From contig CAWEPZ010000009.1 in NCBI GenBank assembly GCA_963811105.1, positions 128,001 through 192,000 of the forward strand: a stretch of 64,000 nucleotides of DNA, in the 5' to 3' direction. Below, one piece after another: positions 28,163-39,126 of this stretch (positions within the stretch are counted from its first letter, which is position 1; each line of letters opens with the position of its first letter). Position numbers and translations under genes: made by a program. The notes beneath the pieces were generated by a model, which saw nothing but the letters and a program-made list of their open reading frames with translations, made no database searches and was not told where the DNA came from. Origin of the DNA: Candidatus Bathyarchaeota archaeon (GTDB lineage Archaea > Thermoproteota > Bathyarchaeia > Bathyarchaeales > Bathycorpusculaceae).

Positions 28163-29395
28163 CTATTTTCCTCTGCTAACAATATTCAGTAAACGGTTTT
28201 TGGCTTCTTCTAATCGCAAGCTTGCTTTCTCTAAAGAGTTGCCTTCGCCAGTAACCAAAGAGATGGCTTTTTTCCTGTTGTCTAAAGTAAATGGAGGGGA
28301 AACAACTTCTTTCATTTCTGCCGATTCATGGAAAGCGCTGGTTGTCGGTTTGATTGTTTCTACTTTCGAAAAAAATGCAAAACCGCTGATCTGATTTTGG
28401 ACTGGAAGATCATGTTTCAAAACTGCGTCAATTATTGCTTGAGCAATGTTGAAATTGACTGTTTTGTTTACTCCTATGTAGGAGGTTGTTAACCGTGGAT
28501 TTACATCCACTACAAAGGGTTGTTTCTCTGCCAAAATAAAGTCAACCCCGACATATCCTCTTAAGCCTGGAAAACATCCAACAACTTTTTCTGCTATCTG
28601 GAATGCTTCTTTCTTTTGCGGGTTTTCAAAGGGAACAACGCCGCCCTCATAACTTGAAAACTGATTTGGTGGGGCAAGTCTGATGCTTTGTTTGTTCAAG
28701 CTAATGGGCAAGATTTTACCTTCTGCCACAAGTAAGCTGACGCTTACCGCTTCGCCCTCAATAAATTCTTGAACAATAAAACTTTTACATGTAGATTGAT
28801 CTATGATCTTTGCGAGGGCTTTCTCGATTTGCGTGTCATTTCTAACGATGCTTAAGCCGCCGCAACATACTCCATCTATAGGCTTGAAAACTATTGGATA
28901 AACAAATTTTCTTCTGATGGCTCGCTTAATTACAGCTATGTCATCTGTAACATTAAGTACGAGACTTTTAGGTATGAGTAAACGATCTTTTCTCAAAGTT
29001 TCATATAGAACAGCTTTGTCTGCAACCTTCTGAATAGAGTTGGATGAACAGTTAAGCGAAATTTTACCTGTCTTCTCGATGAGAGCTACCAGCGATTGCA
29101 GGGTTCCCCCTGTTTCAGGTGCAATGATGTAGGCAGCATCATTAATTTGAGCGATGTCTCGGAGAAATGTTTTTGACTCTTCGGGATAAAAGACAGGAAC
29201 TGTGCAGTCAACATTCATGGGTGGATTAAGTTTTGAAAGTCGGGCATCAAGCAAAACCGTTACTTCGTGACCTGCTTCTTTGAAATCAGCCGCTACCGTA
29301 CGAAGCATTGCAAAGCCTTCAGCTAAAACGCTTGGTGGAATTGGTTGCCCTGCATATCCACCGCCTGAAACGTGCTCGTAAACGATAATCCTCAA
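28163..29395 (-). CDS. mfnD: ATP-grasp tyramine-L-glutamate ligase
   Basis: EGFAML, IIAPE, KPIDG, GYVGVD, NPRLTTSY. Confidence 0.82.
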   Translation of the reverse strand: MRIIVYEHVSGGGYAGQPIPPSVLAEGFAMLRTVAADFKEAGHEVTVLLDARLSKLNPPMNVDCTVPVFYPEESKTFLRDIAQINDAAYIIAPETGGTLQSLVALIEKTGKISLNCSSNSIQKVADKAVLYETLRKDRLLIPKSLVLNVTDDIAVIKRAIRRKFVYPIVFKPIDGVCCGGLSIVRNDTQIEKALAKIIDQSTCKSFIVQEFIEGEAVSVSLLVAEGKILPISLNKQSIRLAPPNQFSSYEGGVVPFENPQKKEAFQIAEKVVGCFPGLRGYVGVDFILAEKQPFVVDVNPRLTTSYIGVNKTVNFNIAQAIIDAVLKHDLPVQNQISGFAFFSKVETIKPTTSAFHESAEMKEVVSPPFTLDNRKKAISLVTGEGNSLEKASLRLEEAKNRLLNIVSRGK

Positions 29396-29435
29396 ACTTT
29401 CCCTTCAAGAATCGAGGAAAAGCAGCAAGACGTGT

Positions 29436-30572
29436 TTAAAGCTTTTGGGTTTCGTTGACCTCTTTCAGAAAAGCCAAAACATGCCGCCTCTTCACGTGAG
29501 GCATCAAGACAAGTCGGATGCAATCATAACGTGGCACGTAAGAGACAAACCAGCCTTTCTGCCATAGGTTTTCAGCTAAACGTTTTGTATTTTGAGTTCG
29601 GAAAGCTACGATATTCAAAGGTGGCTCTGTGACAAGTTGAAAACCAGAATTTACGAGTCCATCAGCTAAGAGCTTGGAGTTTATCATGCATTTGCCAACG
29701 ATTTTTTTAAAACCCACAACGCCAAGGTGATTAAGGACTGCCCATGCCGAAGCTGCTGAACCTCCTGATCTTGTTCCTGCAATCGTGTATTGAAATCGGT
29801 CAGTTAGGTATGTTGTTTCAGTTTTTATTGAATCTAAAGTTTTGTTATTTCTGAAAATGATTCCTCCAGCGGGGATTGCTGCCATGCCCATCTTGTGTGG
29901 ATCAACGGTTATAGATTGAACTGTGGGCAAATTGAAATCAAAATCTATTTTGACATTTGCTAAGAAAGGAATTACTAAGCCGCCGAAGGCAGCATCAACA
30001 TGAAAATACAAGTTATGCTCTTTTGCGATGCGGGACAACTTCTCCATTGGGTCAACTACGCCTAACTCAGCTGTTCCAGCTGTGCCAACAATGGCGACTG
30101 TGTTCTTGCTAATGCATTTTTTAACTGATGAGGGGTCAACCCTGAAAGAGCCATCTAAACTAGCGTAAACAGGCTTAGTATTTAGCATCTTGCAAATTTT
30201 CGTGAAGGAAAAATGAGCTGACTCTGGCAAAACCACTTCAGGCTGATCAACACGCGCCATGTTTCTTGCAGCCAAAAGCGCCATCAAATTTGCTTCTGTT
30301 CCGCCTGAAACAATGAAGCCACTGCATTTTTTGCCATGAAGAAGTGTTGCCAGTTGATTTATGACTTCTTTTTCAAGCTTTACGCTTCCCGGAAATAATC
30401 CTGGGTCGCCAAGGTTGGAGTTGAGGAACATTTCGTATGCTTTTTGGGCTATAGGATGAGGTTTTGTGCACATGGAGCATAGTATTCTGCCGTTGTCATA
30501 CATTTGGTCTTGCTTTCGGATTTGTTTTAGCTTATCCGATACGGATTTTTTGCTTGCCCCCTCAATATTCAA
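29436..30572 (-). CDS. mfnA: L-tyrosine/L-aspartate decarboxylase
   Basis: SMCTKPH, NLGDPGLFPG, SGGTEAN, HVDAAFGG, DPHK. Confidence 0.92.
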   Translation of the reverse strand: MNIEGASKKSVSDKLKQIRKQDQMYDNGRILCSMCTKPHPIAQKAYEMFLNSNLGDPGLFPGSVKLEKEVINQLATLLHGKKCSGFIVSGGTEANLMALLAARNMARVDQPEVVLPESAHFSFTKICKMLNTKPVYASLDGSFRVDPSSVKKCISKNTVAIVGTAGTAELGVVDPMEKLSRIAKEHNLYFHVDAAFGGLVIPFLANVKIDFDFNLPTVQSITVDPHKMGMAAIPAGGIIFRNNKTLDSIKTETTYLTDRFQYTIAGTRSGGSAASAWAVLNHLGVVGFKKIVGKCMINSKLLADGLVNSGFQLVTEPPLNIVAFRTQNTKRLAENLWQKGWFVSYVPRYDCIRLVLMPHVKRRHVLAFLKEVNETQKL

Positions 30573-30575
30573 AGC

Positions 30576-31304
30576 CTAAGTCCTCTTCTTTTCTGCTTGC
30601 TTAAGAATATCCACTAATTCACGGACTAAGTCCTTTTTCAGTTGGCCAGTTACTCGATTACTATTTGTACATGCGGCTCCACGTAGACCCGCAACATCAG
30701 CACCTAAACCATAAACTACTGACAAATCTTGCTTACGCAACGAACCAGCCAACGCAGCCTCCAAGCCAAAATCATGTGCAGAATCTACAAATTTTGCAAG
30801 TTGCTTCTCAGTTAAGAAACTGAAAAGGGTTTTGTCATCTTTAATTGCTGTATCAATCATAGCTACGTCCACATGAGCATTGAATGCTATTTCAGGAATT
30901 AACATTGGGTTTAGGGCATCGATTCGTTCTGCGTCAGCGTAACCTGCGGCTACAATTTTGATTTTAGGGTAATATTCTTTGACTGCTTGGCTAACGTTTT
31001 GTAACAGATAAATTGCTTGTTGAGAAGTTTTTAATCCAAATAGTCCCACTTTAACATAATCGACACCTAAAGATGCAGCTCCTAGTGCAGCCAAAGATAT
31101 GGAACCTGGCAAGTTGGGAATCTCACCCAGCGTGCAACTGACCTCGATGTTTTTCGGAGTTATCTCTTTTATTTTTTTGATGACCCATGGAAAATTGGCG
31201 CCTAACGCTCCTTCCTGCGGGTTTTTTACGTCAATTATGTCTGCGCCTCCAGCGATGGCTTCAGAGGCTTCTTGCTCGTTAATGGGACTTATCAATAGTT
31301 TCAA
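30576..31304 (-). CDS. mfnB: (5-formylfuran-3-yl)methyl phosphate synthase
   Basis: LLISP, DIIDVKNPQEGALGA, DYVKVG, LAGSL, GLRGAAC. Confidence 0.92.
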   Translation of the reverse strand: MKLLISPINEQEASEAIAGGADIIDVKNPQEGALGANFPWVIKKIKEITPKNIEVSCTLGEIPNLPGSISLAALGAASLGVDYVKVGLFGLKTSQQAIYLLQNVSQAVKEYYPKIKIVAAGYADAERIDALNPMLIPEIAFNAHVDVAMIDTAIKDDKTLFSFLTEKQLAKFVDSAHDFGLEAALAGSLRKQDLSVVYGLGADVAGLRGAACTNSNRVTGQLKKDLVRELVDILKQAEKKRT

Positions 31305-31409
31305 CTTAGCATCCTATTCATGCGAATTCACAGTTGCTTTAAAAGTTTTGCTGTAATGATGACTATCTTTTTCTATTTGTTAGGAATCAATTCAGTGATA
31401 GTGAACATC

Positions 31410-32141
31410 GTGAAGGTCATACCCGTAATAGATATTTTAAATGGCGTAGTGGTTCATGCGGTTAAAGGCAAAAGGCAAGAGTACAAACCGATTCAAAGCG
31501 TTCTAACTCAGTCGGTTGATCCTTTGGCAATTGCATGGATATTCAAAAAGAGTGGTTTCACTGATTTGTATATCGCTGATTTAGATGCGATAATTGATTG
31601 TTCAACAGATTTCCATGCAATCAAGCGAATTGTCGATGAAACTGGGCTTAAGTTGATCGTTGATGCAGGAGTAACCGACCTTGAAAGGGCACAGAAGCTT
31701 CTTGACAGCGGAATTTCAAAACTTGTAATTGGCACCGAAACGTTAACAACCAAAACTTTCGTCGCTGATGCGATAGAACGTTTTGGGCGCGACCGGATTA
31801 TTGTTAGTCTAGATCTAAAAGGTAATGAAATCTTTGCCAAACTGGCGTTTGATGGCTGCCTGAACCCATTGTGTCTATTAAATGACTTTAAGACGATGAG
31901 TCTTTCAAGTGTGATTGTTTTGGATTTGACTCGTGTTGGTAGCGGTGAAGGAGTAAATATTGATTTCCTAAGAAAAGTGCTTGAGATAGGCGGCATGGAT
32001 GTTTATGTAGGTGGTGGGGTTCGGGACATTACGGATTTATTAGAACTCGAGAGTCTAGGCGTTTCAGGCGTTTTGGTGGCATCCACTTTGCATTCTGGCA
32101 AAATAACACTTGAAGCGTTAAGCAAAGCAAAACTGTCATAG
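31410..32141 (+). CDS. HisA/HisF-related TIM-barrel protein (C1-cluster associated)
   Basis: VIPVIDILNGVVVHA, LYIADLDAI, RVGSGEG, GGGVRD; divergent from mfnB. Confidence 0.82.
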   Translation: MKVIPVIDILNGVVVHAVKGKRQEYKPIQSVLTQSVDPLAIAWIFKKSGFTDLYIADLDAIIDCSTDFHAIKRIVDETGLKLIVDAGVTDLERAQKLLDSGISKLVIGTETLTTKTFVADAIERFGRDRIIVSLDLKGNEIFAKLAFDGCLNPLCLLNDFKTMSLSSVIVLDLTRVGSGEGVNIDFLRKVLEIGGMDVYVGGGVRDITDLLELESLGVSGVLVASTLHSGKITLEALSKAKLS

Positions 32142-32717
32142 TTGCTCGTCTTCAGTTTTAACAGCTTTCTTGAACTTGATAACAAGAAAAACCACCGCAA
32201 TCAGTACCGCAACAAATGCTAACCAGCAAATACCCCATAACTAAAAAATTATTTGTCAATCTATGAAAGCAGTTGAAATGCTGCCAAGAAAATTGCAGAG
32301 ACAAGGTCCAGTTTGCTTCGAACAAATTCGTTGAGCTCGTCTATTATTTTTTGGCGGTCCTGTAAATGAGAAGCAGCACTGAAAAGAATAAAAGCAAAAC
32401 TATCAGAACAGCCATGTTAACTCGCTCCTATAATTGCCAAATGTCAGAAGCAATCGGACCTAATCAACTATCAGCTCCGCCTACTCCGTAAAGAATGGAT
32501 GCGGCAATGTTGATTTCTTTGTTATTGTAGATTATGCCCAACCAGCCTCTTAAAGCAAGGAGAACAATTTCAAACCAGAAGTGATGAATGTGAAGCCTTC
32601 CGGCTATTAAGATCTGGCTGGATAAAAAGTAGTAAAGGTTTTTGCAATAACATACGCCAATATGAATGAGATTAGAGCCACGGCTGCAAGGTGAACTCTT
32701 TGCTCAAAGTTGTTCAT
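32138..32717 (-). pseudogene. Disrupted membrane protein (HIHHFW motif)
   Basis: Hydrophobic fragments including HIHHFWF and ILYGVGG spread over frames. Confidence 0.55.
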
Positions 32718-32793
32718 GAAACGTCGCAAACAAACCAATCATTAAGAAAAACGGGTTGCACAAAATATCTTGCTAAACTTAATCCTGTTCTTG

Positions 32794-33534
32794 CTATTGT
32801 ATTTTTGCCAAACAAACAATTCCGCCGAGTTGAGTAAGACGTTTGCCTGCATTTGATTCAGCATTTATCACTCTTGTTTTAACCCCGTTTTTCGCAGCAA
32901 TCTGCATCAACCGATTCACTCTGTTCTTATTACGGCTACCCCCAAGATAATCGTTGGTCAGCAAGAGGTATTCTGGCTGCGGTTTTCCTGGTGATTGTTG
33001 GTTAAGAATCATATTTTCGGCTTCTTGCAGCGAAAAGAGCACCAAGTTATCAGTTTTGTTGAGACGTTTCTCGAGGATTTCAAGGAGGTTCTCAGTTTCC
33101 TCAGTAGCGTTTTCTTGGATTAACTGCTTGAAGGTTGATGTCTTTGTAAGGGCTGCAACTTGAGGTGACGTATTTATACTGCCAGTTATCATAGAGAAAG
33201 TTGTTTTGTTTGTTCCTTGAAAAAGCCATGCATGATGCCCCTTTAGGTGGTTGAGAAATTCTTGTGCAAAGTTAGTTCTGGGTGGTGAAGCAACAACTAT
33301 GCTTCTTACGCCTTCTTTGAGTGTCGGTCTAAGAGCGTTAACGATTATTTCGTGAAAGTTGTAGGTTGCTTTAGAGTCTTTTCTTTCACCGTTTAAGTCT
33401 ATGGTTTGTTGGTGTTTGACGACTTGGCTGAAAATCTGCCATAGAGTAACGTGTTCCTGTTCAATTCCTACAAGGATTGCAACTGGGTACCCGCGTCTGT
33501 AAGCTTTCGGAGCCATTTTTATTCCCATATTCAT
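32794..33534 (-). CDS. Truncated pelota/aRF1 paralogue (domain 2-3-like only)
   Basis: IVVASP and ESNAGKRLTQLGGIVCL resemble eRF1 domains 2 and 3; no N-domain. Confidence 0.65.
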   Translation of the reverse strand: MNMGIKMAPKAYRRGYPVAILVGIEQEHVTLWQIFSQVVKHQQTIDLNGERKDSKATYNFHEIIVNALRPTLKEGVRSIVVASPPRTNFAQEFLNHLKGHHAWLFQGTNKTTFSMITGSINTSPQVAALTKTSTFKQLIQENATEETENLLEILEKRLNKTDNLVLFSLQEAENMILNQQSPGKPQPEYLLLTNDYLGGSRNKNRVNRLMQIAAKNGVKTRVINAESNAGKRLTQLGGIVCLAKIQ

Positions 33535-33642
33535 CTGACGTTTACGGTATTTAGGTTGTTGCTTAACTTTTTAGTTTCTTGCTTAGAAGATTAGAAACGA
33601 CATGTTTATGAATGGCGCAAAACCGATTTTAATTGATATATT

Positions 33643-33972
33643 ATGATTACAGTTGACAAAAAAGAAGATTTGGATACATTGCTATCCAAAAATGAAACAG
33701 TGCTGGCTTTGTTTTATGGTTCATGGTGCCCCTATTGCATAAACTTTGTTCCAGCATTCGACCAAAAAACCGCTAATTTCGCTTTTGGAAAAGTTTTACA
33801 CGTTCTCCTAGATGACAATGACAATTCCTTATGGGATGATTATTCAATTGAAGCGGTTCCAACCGTAATATTTTTTGAAAATGGCCACGTTAACAAACGG
33901 TTGGATGGAAAAATTGGCAGAGGCTTAAACGAAAAACAACTTGACATCTGGCTGCAAAACTTTAAGGTTTAG
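33643..33972 (+). CDS. Thioredoxin family protein
   Basis: WCPYC, IEAVPT. Confidence 0.88.
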   Translation: MITVDKKEDLDTLLSKNETVLALFYGSWCPYCINFVPAFDQKTANFAFGKVLHVLLDDNDNSLWDDYSIEAVPTVIFFENGHVNKRLDGKIGRGLNEKQLDIWLQNFKV

Positions 33973-34045
33973 TAGTTCAAAACAATAAAGAATGGATATC
34001 AAAAGGATTCTCGACTTTAAAAAAAGAAAAAGGGAAAGGAACTTT

Positions 34046-34576
34046 TTAACTTGGCGGCGGTGGTGGCGGCGGTGGCGTTGAATATAAAGGCTCGTTTAAT
34101 GAGATTGGTGCTTTTCCCGCTTGGACGACCGTAGTTCCTGCCCAGCGGTCTGTCAGTTTTTGGCGTTTGTCAGGTCCAGCAGTCAAAATTGCTATTAACC
34201 AGTCTAGAAACACTAAGAGTGGGTTAATTTTGCTGATATTTCGGATGAATGATTGGCCATATGCTATTCTAGCGCCTTTCACTGTTTGAACTTGTAAGCC
34301 CATGACTCTTTTCCCTATCGTTGCACCCCAAATAACGTCTAATACAATGAAGTACAGTATCGAAAGCAGTCCAAAAAGTCCAAAAGTAAGCCAAATTCCA
34401 CCGTAGAAAAACAAGCCGCCTGAAGCAATCACTGATACAGCAGCTATTATCGCTACTATAATGCCTAGTATGACTGTTGCTACAAAGATTATTACGCCAT
34501 CAATGATGTATGCGATTAGCCTTATTAGCCAAAGTGAGAAATCAAGCTGTCCACTGCTACTACTATTGGATGTCAT
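34046..34576 (-). CDS. RDD family membrane protein
   Basis: RLIAYIID, TIGKRVMGL, DRWAGTTV. Confidence 0.88.
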   Translation of the reverse strand: MTSNSSSSGQLDFSLWLIRLIAYIIDGVIIFVATVILGIIVAIIAAVSVIASGGLFFYGGIWLTFGLFGLLSILYFIVLDVIWGATIGKRVMGLQVQTVKGARIAYGQSFIRNISKINPLLVFLDWLIAILTAGPDKRQKLTDRWAGTTVVQAGKAPISLNEPLYSTPPPPPPPPS

Positions 34577-34660
34577 TCTGTAAAACCTCTAATAAAATGA
34601 TGCAGGAGGCATTATTATCGTTTTCTATCAAGCAATAGAGCGGAAGAATGGTAGAGCGAA

Positions 34661-35311
34661 TTAGGGTTTAAAACCGACAAGAAGTGCTATCTCCAGCCAT
34701 TTCCAATAGCAATCTACATCGATGAAGCCTATTTGTCTTAGCCACTTTAGCTGCGTTTCAACATCCAAAAGCTTATTCGAAGGATCTTCTGTCTGCGGAG
34801 TAAAACCCGTCACCGCCAAAAACTTGAGATGAACATTCTGTGTGGGCGAAGAAACATGTTCGAGATTGCAGAAGACGCCCTTGGGATTCAACAGGCTGAA
34901 AACTTCTTTGTATAACTGTTTCTTTCGCAGATGCGTCAGATGATGAATAGCCAAGCTTGAAACAACAGCATCAAAACATCCTAGTCGCTTTGCTGGCAAC
35001 GGAAAATTAAAATCATGTTCTACCACCTGTACATATTTGTCATTTGCAAATCGTTTTCGGGCATGCTCAAGCATAATCTTCGAAAAATCCAGCGCAACTC
35101 CTTCAGCATCCGGCTTGTTTAGTTTAACCAGCGACAACAGTCTCCCATCGCCTGTTCCCAAGTCCAAAATCCGCTTTGCATGTACTGGAATTTGATCCAA
35201 TAGAACTCGCTCGCCTTCGGTTCTATGTGGAAGTTTATCTGCTCTTGCTAAATATGCCAATGCATGGTCAATTGTTTGCCATTCGCTTAGCGGTTCACCG
35301 TTTTGATACAA
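34661..35311 (-). CDS. Class I SAM-dependent methyltransferase
   Basis: [17 protein letters not shown]. Confidence 0.88.
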   Translation of the reverse strand: MYQNGEPLSEWQTIDHALAYLARADKLPHRTEGERVLLDQIPVHAKRILDLGTGDGRLLSLVKLNKPDAEGVALDFSKIMLEHARKRFANDKYVQVVEHDFNFPLPAKRLGCFDAVVSSLAIHHLTHLRKKQLYKEVFSLLNPKGVFCNLEHVSSPTQNVHLKFLAVTGFTPQTEDPSNKLLDVETQLKWLRQIGFIDVDCYWKWLEIALLVGFKP

Positions 35312-35453
35312 TATTCATCCTCTTTTGCTTTTATTGGAATTAGTGTGTTAATGAACTTTTTTACGTTAAAACTGGAATTTGTTGAAATTATTAAATAACA
35401 CTTATATCTTTATATCGGCTTTCATTGAAGAAATAAAACGAGGATTCTAATTT

Positions 35454-35795
35454 ATGGAATTTTGTCCAGAGTGCGGTTGTCGTCTTGAACCTAAAAAAAA
35501 TAAGGACGCCGTTATGCTCGCTTGTTCAAAATGTAGTTATACTAAGCAGGCTCCAAGCAATAGGTCTCAGGCTAAGGTAGTTAGGTTTATTCAGCCTACG
35601 TCACAGCCATTTATGACAATTATTTCTGAAGACGAACAAAAAATCAAGACGATGCCAACCATTCGCATGAAATGTGAGAAATGCGAAAACAACATGGTTT
35701 ATGTTTGGCAGGTGCAGACCCGCGGTGGCGATGAAGCTTCGACGCAATTTATGCGATGTACAAAATGCGGTCATACCTTTAGAGAGTATTCTTAG
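35454..35795 (+). CDS. tfs: Transcription factor S (TFS)
   Basis: Two Zn ribbons; QTRGGDE acidic hairpin. Confidence 0.88.
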   Translation: MEFCPECGCRLEPKKNKDAVMLACSKCSYTKQAPSNRSQAKVVRFIQPTSQPFMTIISEDEQKIKTMPTIRMKCEKCENNMVYVWQVQTRGGDEASTQFMRCTKCGHTFREYS

Positions 35796-35937
35796 CAAGA
35801 ATTAAGCAGTTTGTTTTAAAGGTCTCTTTTTTCCCATAAGCGCTAAATTTTAGAGAGACCCTTTTATTGGAAAGTCTTTAATATAAAAAAATAACACATG
35901 TTAGAACCATTTCATATGACTTAAGGAGAAAGAAAAA

Positions 35938-38682
35938 ATGCAAATTTCGGGAAAAAATATTTTCGCAACCGCTCTTATTATGTTGATGTTTTCTTCTGTA
36001 ATCATTGGATTACAAGGACCTTTAGTGAATGCAGCAGCAACTTATCCGCCGCAACAAAGTGGTTCAATTGACCTTCCTTCAGGTGTAACACCAGACATGA
36101 CTGTTCAACCGACACTGGGTTTAAGCTTTAGACCAAACCCTGTAGGTTTAGGACAAACTATACTAGTCAACATGTGGATGGAACCGCCAGTATCAGTAAC
36201 ACGATTTATCACTAAATACTTAGTCACCTTCCAAAAACCGGACGGCACCACAGACACGAAAACCGTCGCATCCTATCAGGGAGACAGCACTGCATGGCTC
36301 GAATATGTAGTTGATCAACTTGGTGTATGGAGAATTAAGTTTGACTTGCCAGGCGCCTACTTCCCAGCAGGGAACTATACAGTCGGTACGGGATCAAGCC
36401 AAACTGGATACAGCGAAGTCTTCACCAAATCTTTCTATTACGCACCAGCGACAACGGGCTGGCAAAACCTGACCGTGCAAAGTGATCCAATACTCTCCTG
36501 GCCGCCAGCAGCATTGCCAACAAGTGATTACTGGACAAGACCCGTAATGTACGAAAATAGAGAATGGGCTACAATCGCAGGCGATTTTCCATGGCGAGGA
36601 CCAGCATCAGGCTTCACAACAGGAACACAACATTACCCACCATTACCATACTTCCCAGCTAACACAAATCCATATTGGAACACAGCATATCAATTAACTC
36701 CGTATGTTCAAGGACCAAATACTGCACACATAGCCTGGGAACGAGTCGGCGCAATCTCTGGCTTAATCGGCAGCGACTATGGAATTCAGGCTACAACTGG
36801 CGCTGGAGGCGGACCTAACATTGTCTACCAAGGCAGAGCTTACCAAAGTGTCTCAGGCGTGAGTCAAACCGGTACAGGGAGCCAAAACTACTGGCAATGC
36901 TACGATATACGAACGGGATCAATTTACTGGCAAAGACCAATTTACACAGGCGAATCAGCACCGGCACAAATTGAATACTATCAGGGTTCTCCATCGGTTC
37001 CAGGCGAAACTGATACAGCATGGACAGTTTCTCTTGTTGCTATAAATACTGGATCTTCTAGTGCAGGTGGAACGCTTGTCAAATATTCACCGCTCACAGG
37101 AGCAGTCACAACTAACGTTAGCATACCATACTTCCTTTCAAGCACTTACATTATGAACTGCTATGTCTTGAGCATTCAACAAGTTAATACCACAGGGGGC
37201 GTTGACAAAACTGATCCATACATGGCGGGCCAATATTGCTTGATCAATTGGACAACCGGCGGAAGCAGCACAAACTTTGCATCCAGAATAATGAGCAACA
37301 TTACATGGCCAAGGGCTGATCTATCAGGAACAGGCGGTGGACAAGGAACCGCTTATGACCTTCAAACAAGTATGACCTTCATTATTAGAGAAGCAAACTT
37401 CTTTGACTTAGCCAATATGGGTTATCCGTACGTTGACGTTGCAAACACAAACACAAATTTCACTGTGTCATATCCAGCAACATCTGATAATGCTTCTGGA
37501 ATTAGGCTTGGAACGCGAATAATGGCAATCAATCTGGTTACAGGCAAGATTGCTTGGGACAAGACGCTGTATGACAATAATGATCCTAAATCAGTTACTA
37601 TGTACAGTGGAGTCGATGATGTTGCAGATCATGGAAAACTAGCTGTATTAATGAGAGATGGAACCTTTGACATCTTTGACCAAGCCACAGGAAACATGCT
37701 ATTCAAAACATCGCCTCCAATGGGCTATCCATGGGACTCATTTGGATTTGGAGCATATGCTATAGCCTCAGGTTACGGATTGCTCTATCGATTCGGCTAC
37801 GGCGGCATCTACGCATTCGACTGGAACACAGGCAAAACAGTCTGGGAATACACTGCTCCAGCAAGAGCAGGATATGAAAGCGCCTATTCAGATGCAAACG
37901 GTACTAGCGTGTATTCATGGAACGGTGGTGGCATTCTAGCCGATGGAAAACTCTACATCTACAACACAGAACACACCCCAACACCACCAATCACAAGAGG
38001 ATGGTCAGTACATTGTATTAACGCCACAACAGGACAGGGCATATGGAACATAACAACCCCAGGCGGAATTAGTGCAGTTGCAGACGGCTATATCTCTGTG
38101 TCAGCCACTGATGGAATTCAATATGTTTTCGGGAAAGGCTTAAGCAAGACAACAGTGACAGCCCCAGAAACTTCTGTGCCAACCGGATCCGGCGTTCTAA
38201 TACAGGGTACAGTTCTCGATCAATCTCCAGCACAGCCAGGAACACCATGCGTCTCAGCAGGTTCAATGCGAACATGGATGGAATATCTCCACAAAGCTCA
38301 GCCAATTGACGGAATATGGCACAATGAAACCGTAACTGGAGTACCAGTGAAGATATTAGCCTTAGATCCAAACGGGAATGTTGAAGACTTAGGTACCGTG
38401 ACAAGCGACATGAGCGGCAAATACCAACTATCGTTCACTCCACCAGTATCAGGAACATACAAGATAACAGCTACCTTTGCCGGCGATGGCTCATACGGCA
38501 GCTCGTGGGATGAAACAGGATTAATCGTAAGTGCAGCCTCAGCTTCTTCACCGACACCAATAACGAACATAAATATGGGTGACTTCACAGCCCCAGTTGC
38601 AACATATATTGCATTAGGCGTAGTTGCAATCATAATTGCAATCGCAATAGTTGGCTTACTACTCCTTAGAAAGCGAGCTTAA
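35938..38682 (+). CDS. Large secreted PQQ-like beta-propeller surface protein with C-terminal anchor
   Basis: Signal peptide, repeated (D/N)xxTGxxxW motifs, C-terminal TM plus RKR. Confidence 0.8.
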   Translation: MQISGKNIFATALIMLMFSSVIIGLQGPLVNAAATYPPQQSGSIDLPSGVTPDMTVQPTLGLSFRPNPVGLGQTILVNMWMEPPVSVTRFITKYLVTFQKPDGTTDTKTVASYQGDSTAWLEYVVDQLGVWRIKFDLPGAYFPAGNYTVGTGSSQTGYSEVFTKSFYYAPATTGWQNLTVQSDPILSWPPAALPTSDYWTRPVMYENREWATIAGDFPWRGPASGFTTGTQHYPPLPYFPANTNPYWNTAYQLTPYVQGPNTAHIAWERVGAISGLIGSDYGIQATTGAGGGPNIVYQGRAYQSVSGVSQTGTGSQNYWQCYDIRTGSIYWQRPIYTGESAPAQIEYYQGSPSVPGETDTAWTVSLVAINTGSSSAGGTLVKYSPLTGAVTTNVSIPYFLSSTYIMNCYVLSIQQVNTTGGVDKTDPYMAGQYCLINWTTGGSSTNFASRIMSNITWPRADLSGTGGGQGTAYDLQTSMTFIIREANFFDLANMGYPYVDVANTNTNFTVSYPATSDNASGIRLGTRIMAINLVTGKIAWDKTLYDNNDPKSVTMYSGVDDVADHGKLAVLMRDGTFDIFDQATGNMLFKTSPPMGYPWDSFGFGAYAIASGYGLLYRFGYGGIYAFDWNTGKTVWEYTAPARAGYESAYSDANGTSVYSWNGGGILADGKLYIYNTEHTPTPPITRGWSVHCINATTGQGIWNITTPGGISAVADGYISVSATDGIQYVFGKGLSKTTVTAPETSVPTGSGVLIQGTVLDQSPAQPGTPCVSAGSMRTWMEYLHKAQPIDGIWHNETVTGVPVKILALDPNGNVEDLGTVTSDMSGKYQLSFTPPVSGTYKITATFAGDGSYGSSWDETGLIVSAASASSPTPITNINMGDFTAPVATYIALGVVAIIIAIAIVGLLLLRKRA

Positions 38683-38828
38683 ACCACTGAAGCGAAAAAA
38701 CAATCTTCCTTTTTCTATTTTTTCTTCAAGCTTCCCAAATGGAATTAATATTTTCAGTCAACTTACAGTTGCTTATTCGAAAGTTATTAAAGCTATGATA
38801 ACTATAGATTAAACCTCGGAGAATAATA

Positions 38829-38921
38829 ATGCCGAAAAAAGAAAAACCATTAACCAAAAAAGAAAGAGACGAGAAAAGAAAAGCAAAAAAGCAAAAGCAG
38901 AGCAAAACACAGACCTCTTAA
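38829..38921 (+). CDS. Small Lys-rich peptide (30 aa)
   Basis: MPKKEKPLTKKERDEKRKAKKQKQSKTQTS; GGAGA SD and TATA-like sequence upstream. Confidence 0.45.
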   Translation: MPKKEKPLTKKERDEKRKAKKQKQSKTQTS

Positions 38922-39126
38922 AATTTTAGAGCCTATCTTGCTCCTGCTTCACCCTTTATAGTTTTTTCAGCTTTTTTATCTTACACTAAACAAATAATGA
39001 GTTTTAAGAAACATGCGCTTAGAAAAAATAACTAAAATATTTGTTATTTAGAATTGAATTTAAAAAAGTTTAAGAGAAAAAATTGAAACAAAAAATTTTG
39101 GATTAAAAAAATAGAATTGGACGAAT

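Noticed and set aside
35454-35795. TFS as an inhibitory paralogue
   Set aside because: The catalytic DE pair is retained (QTRGGDE)
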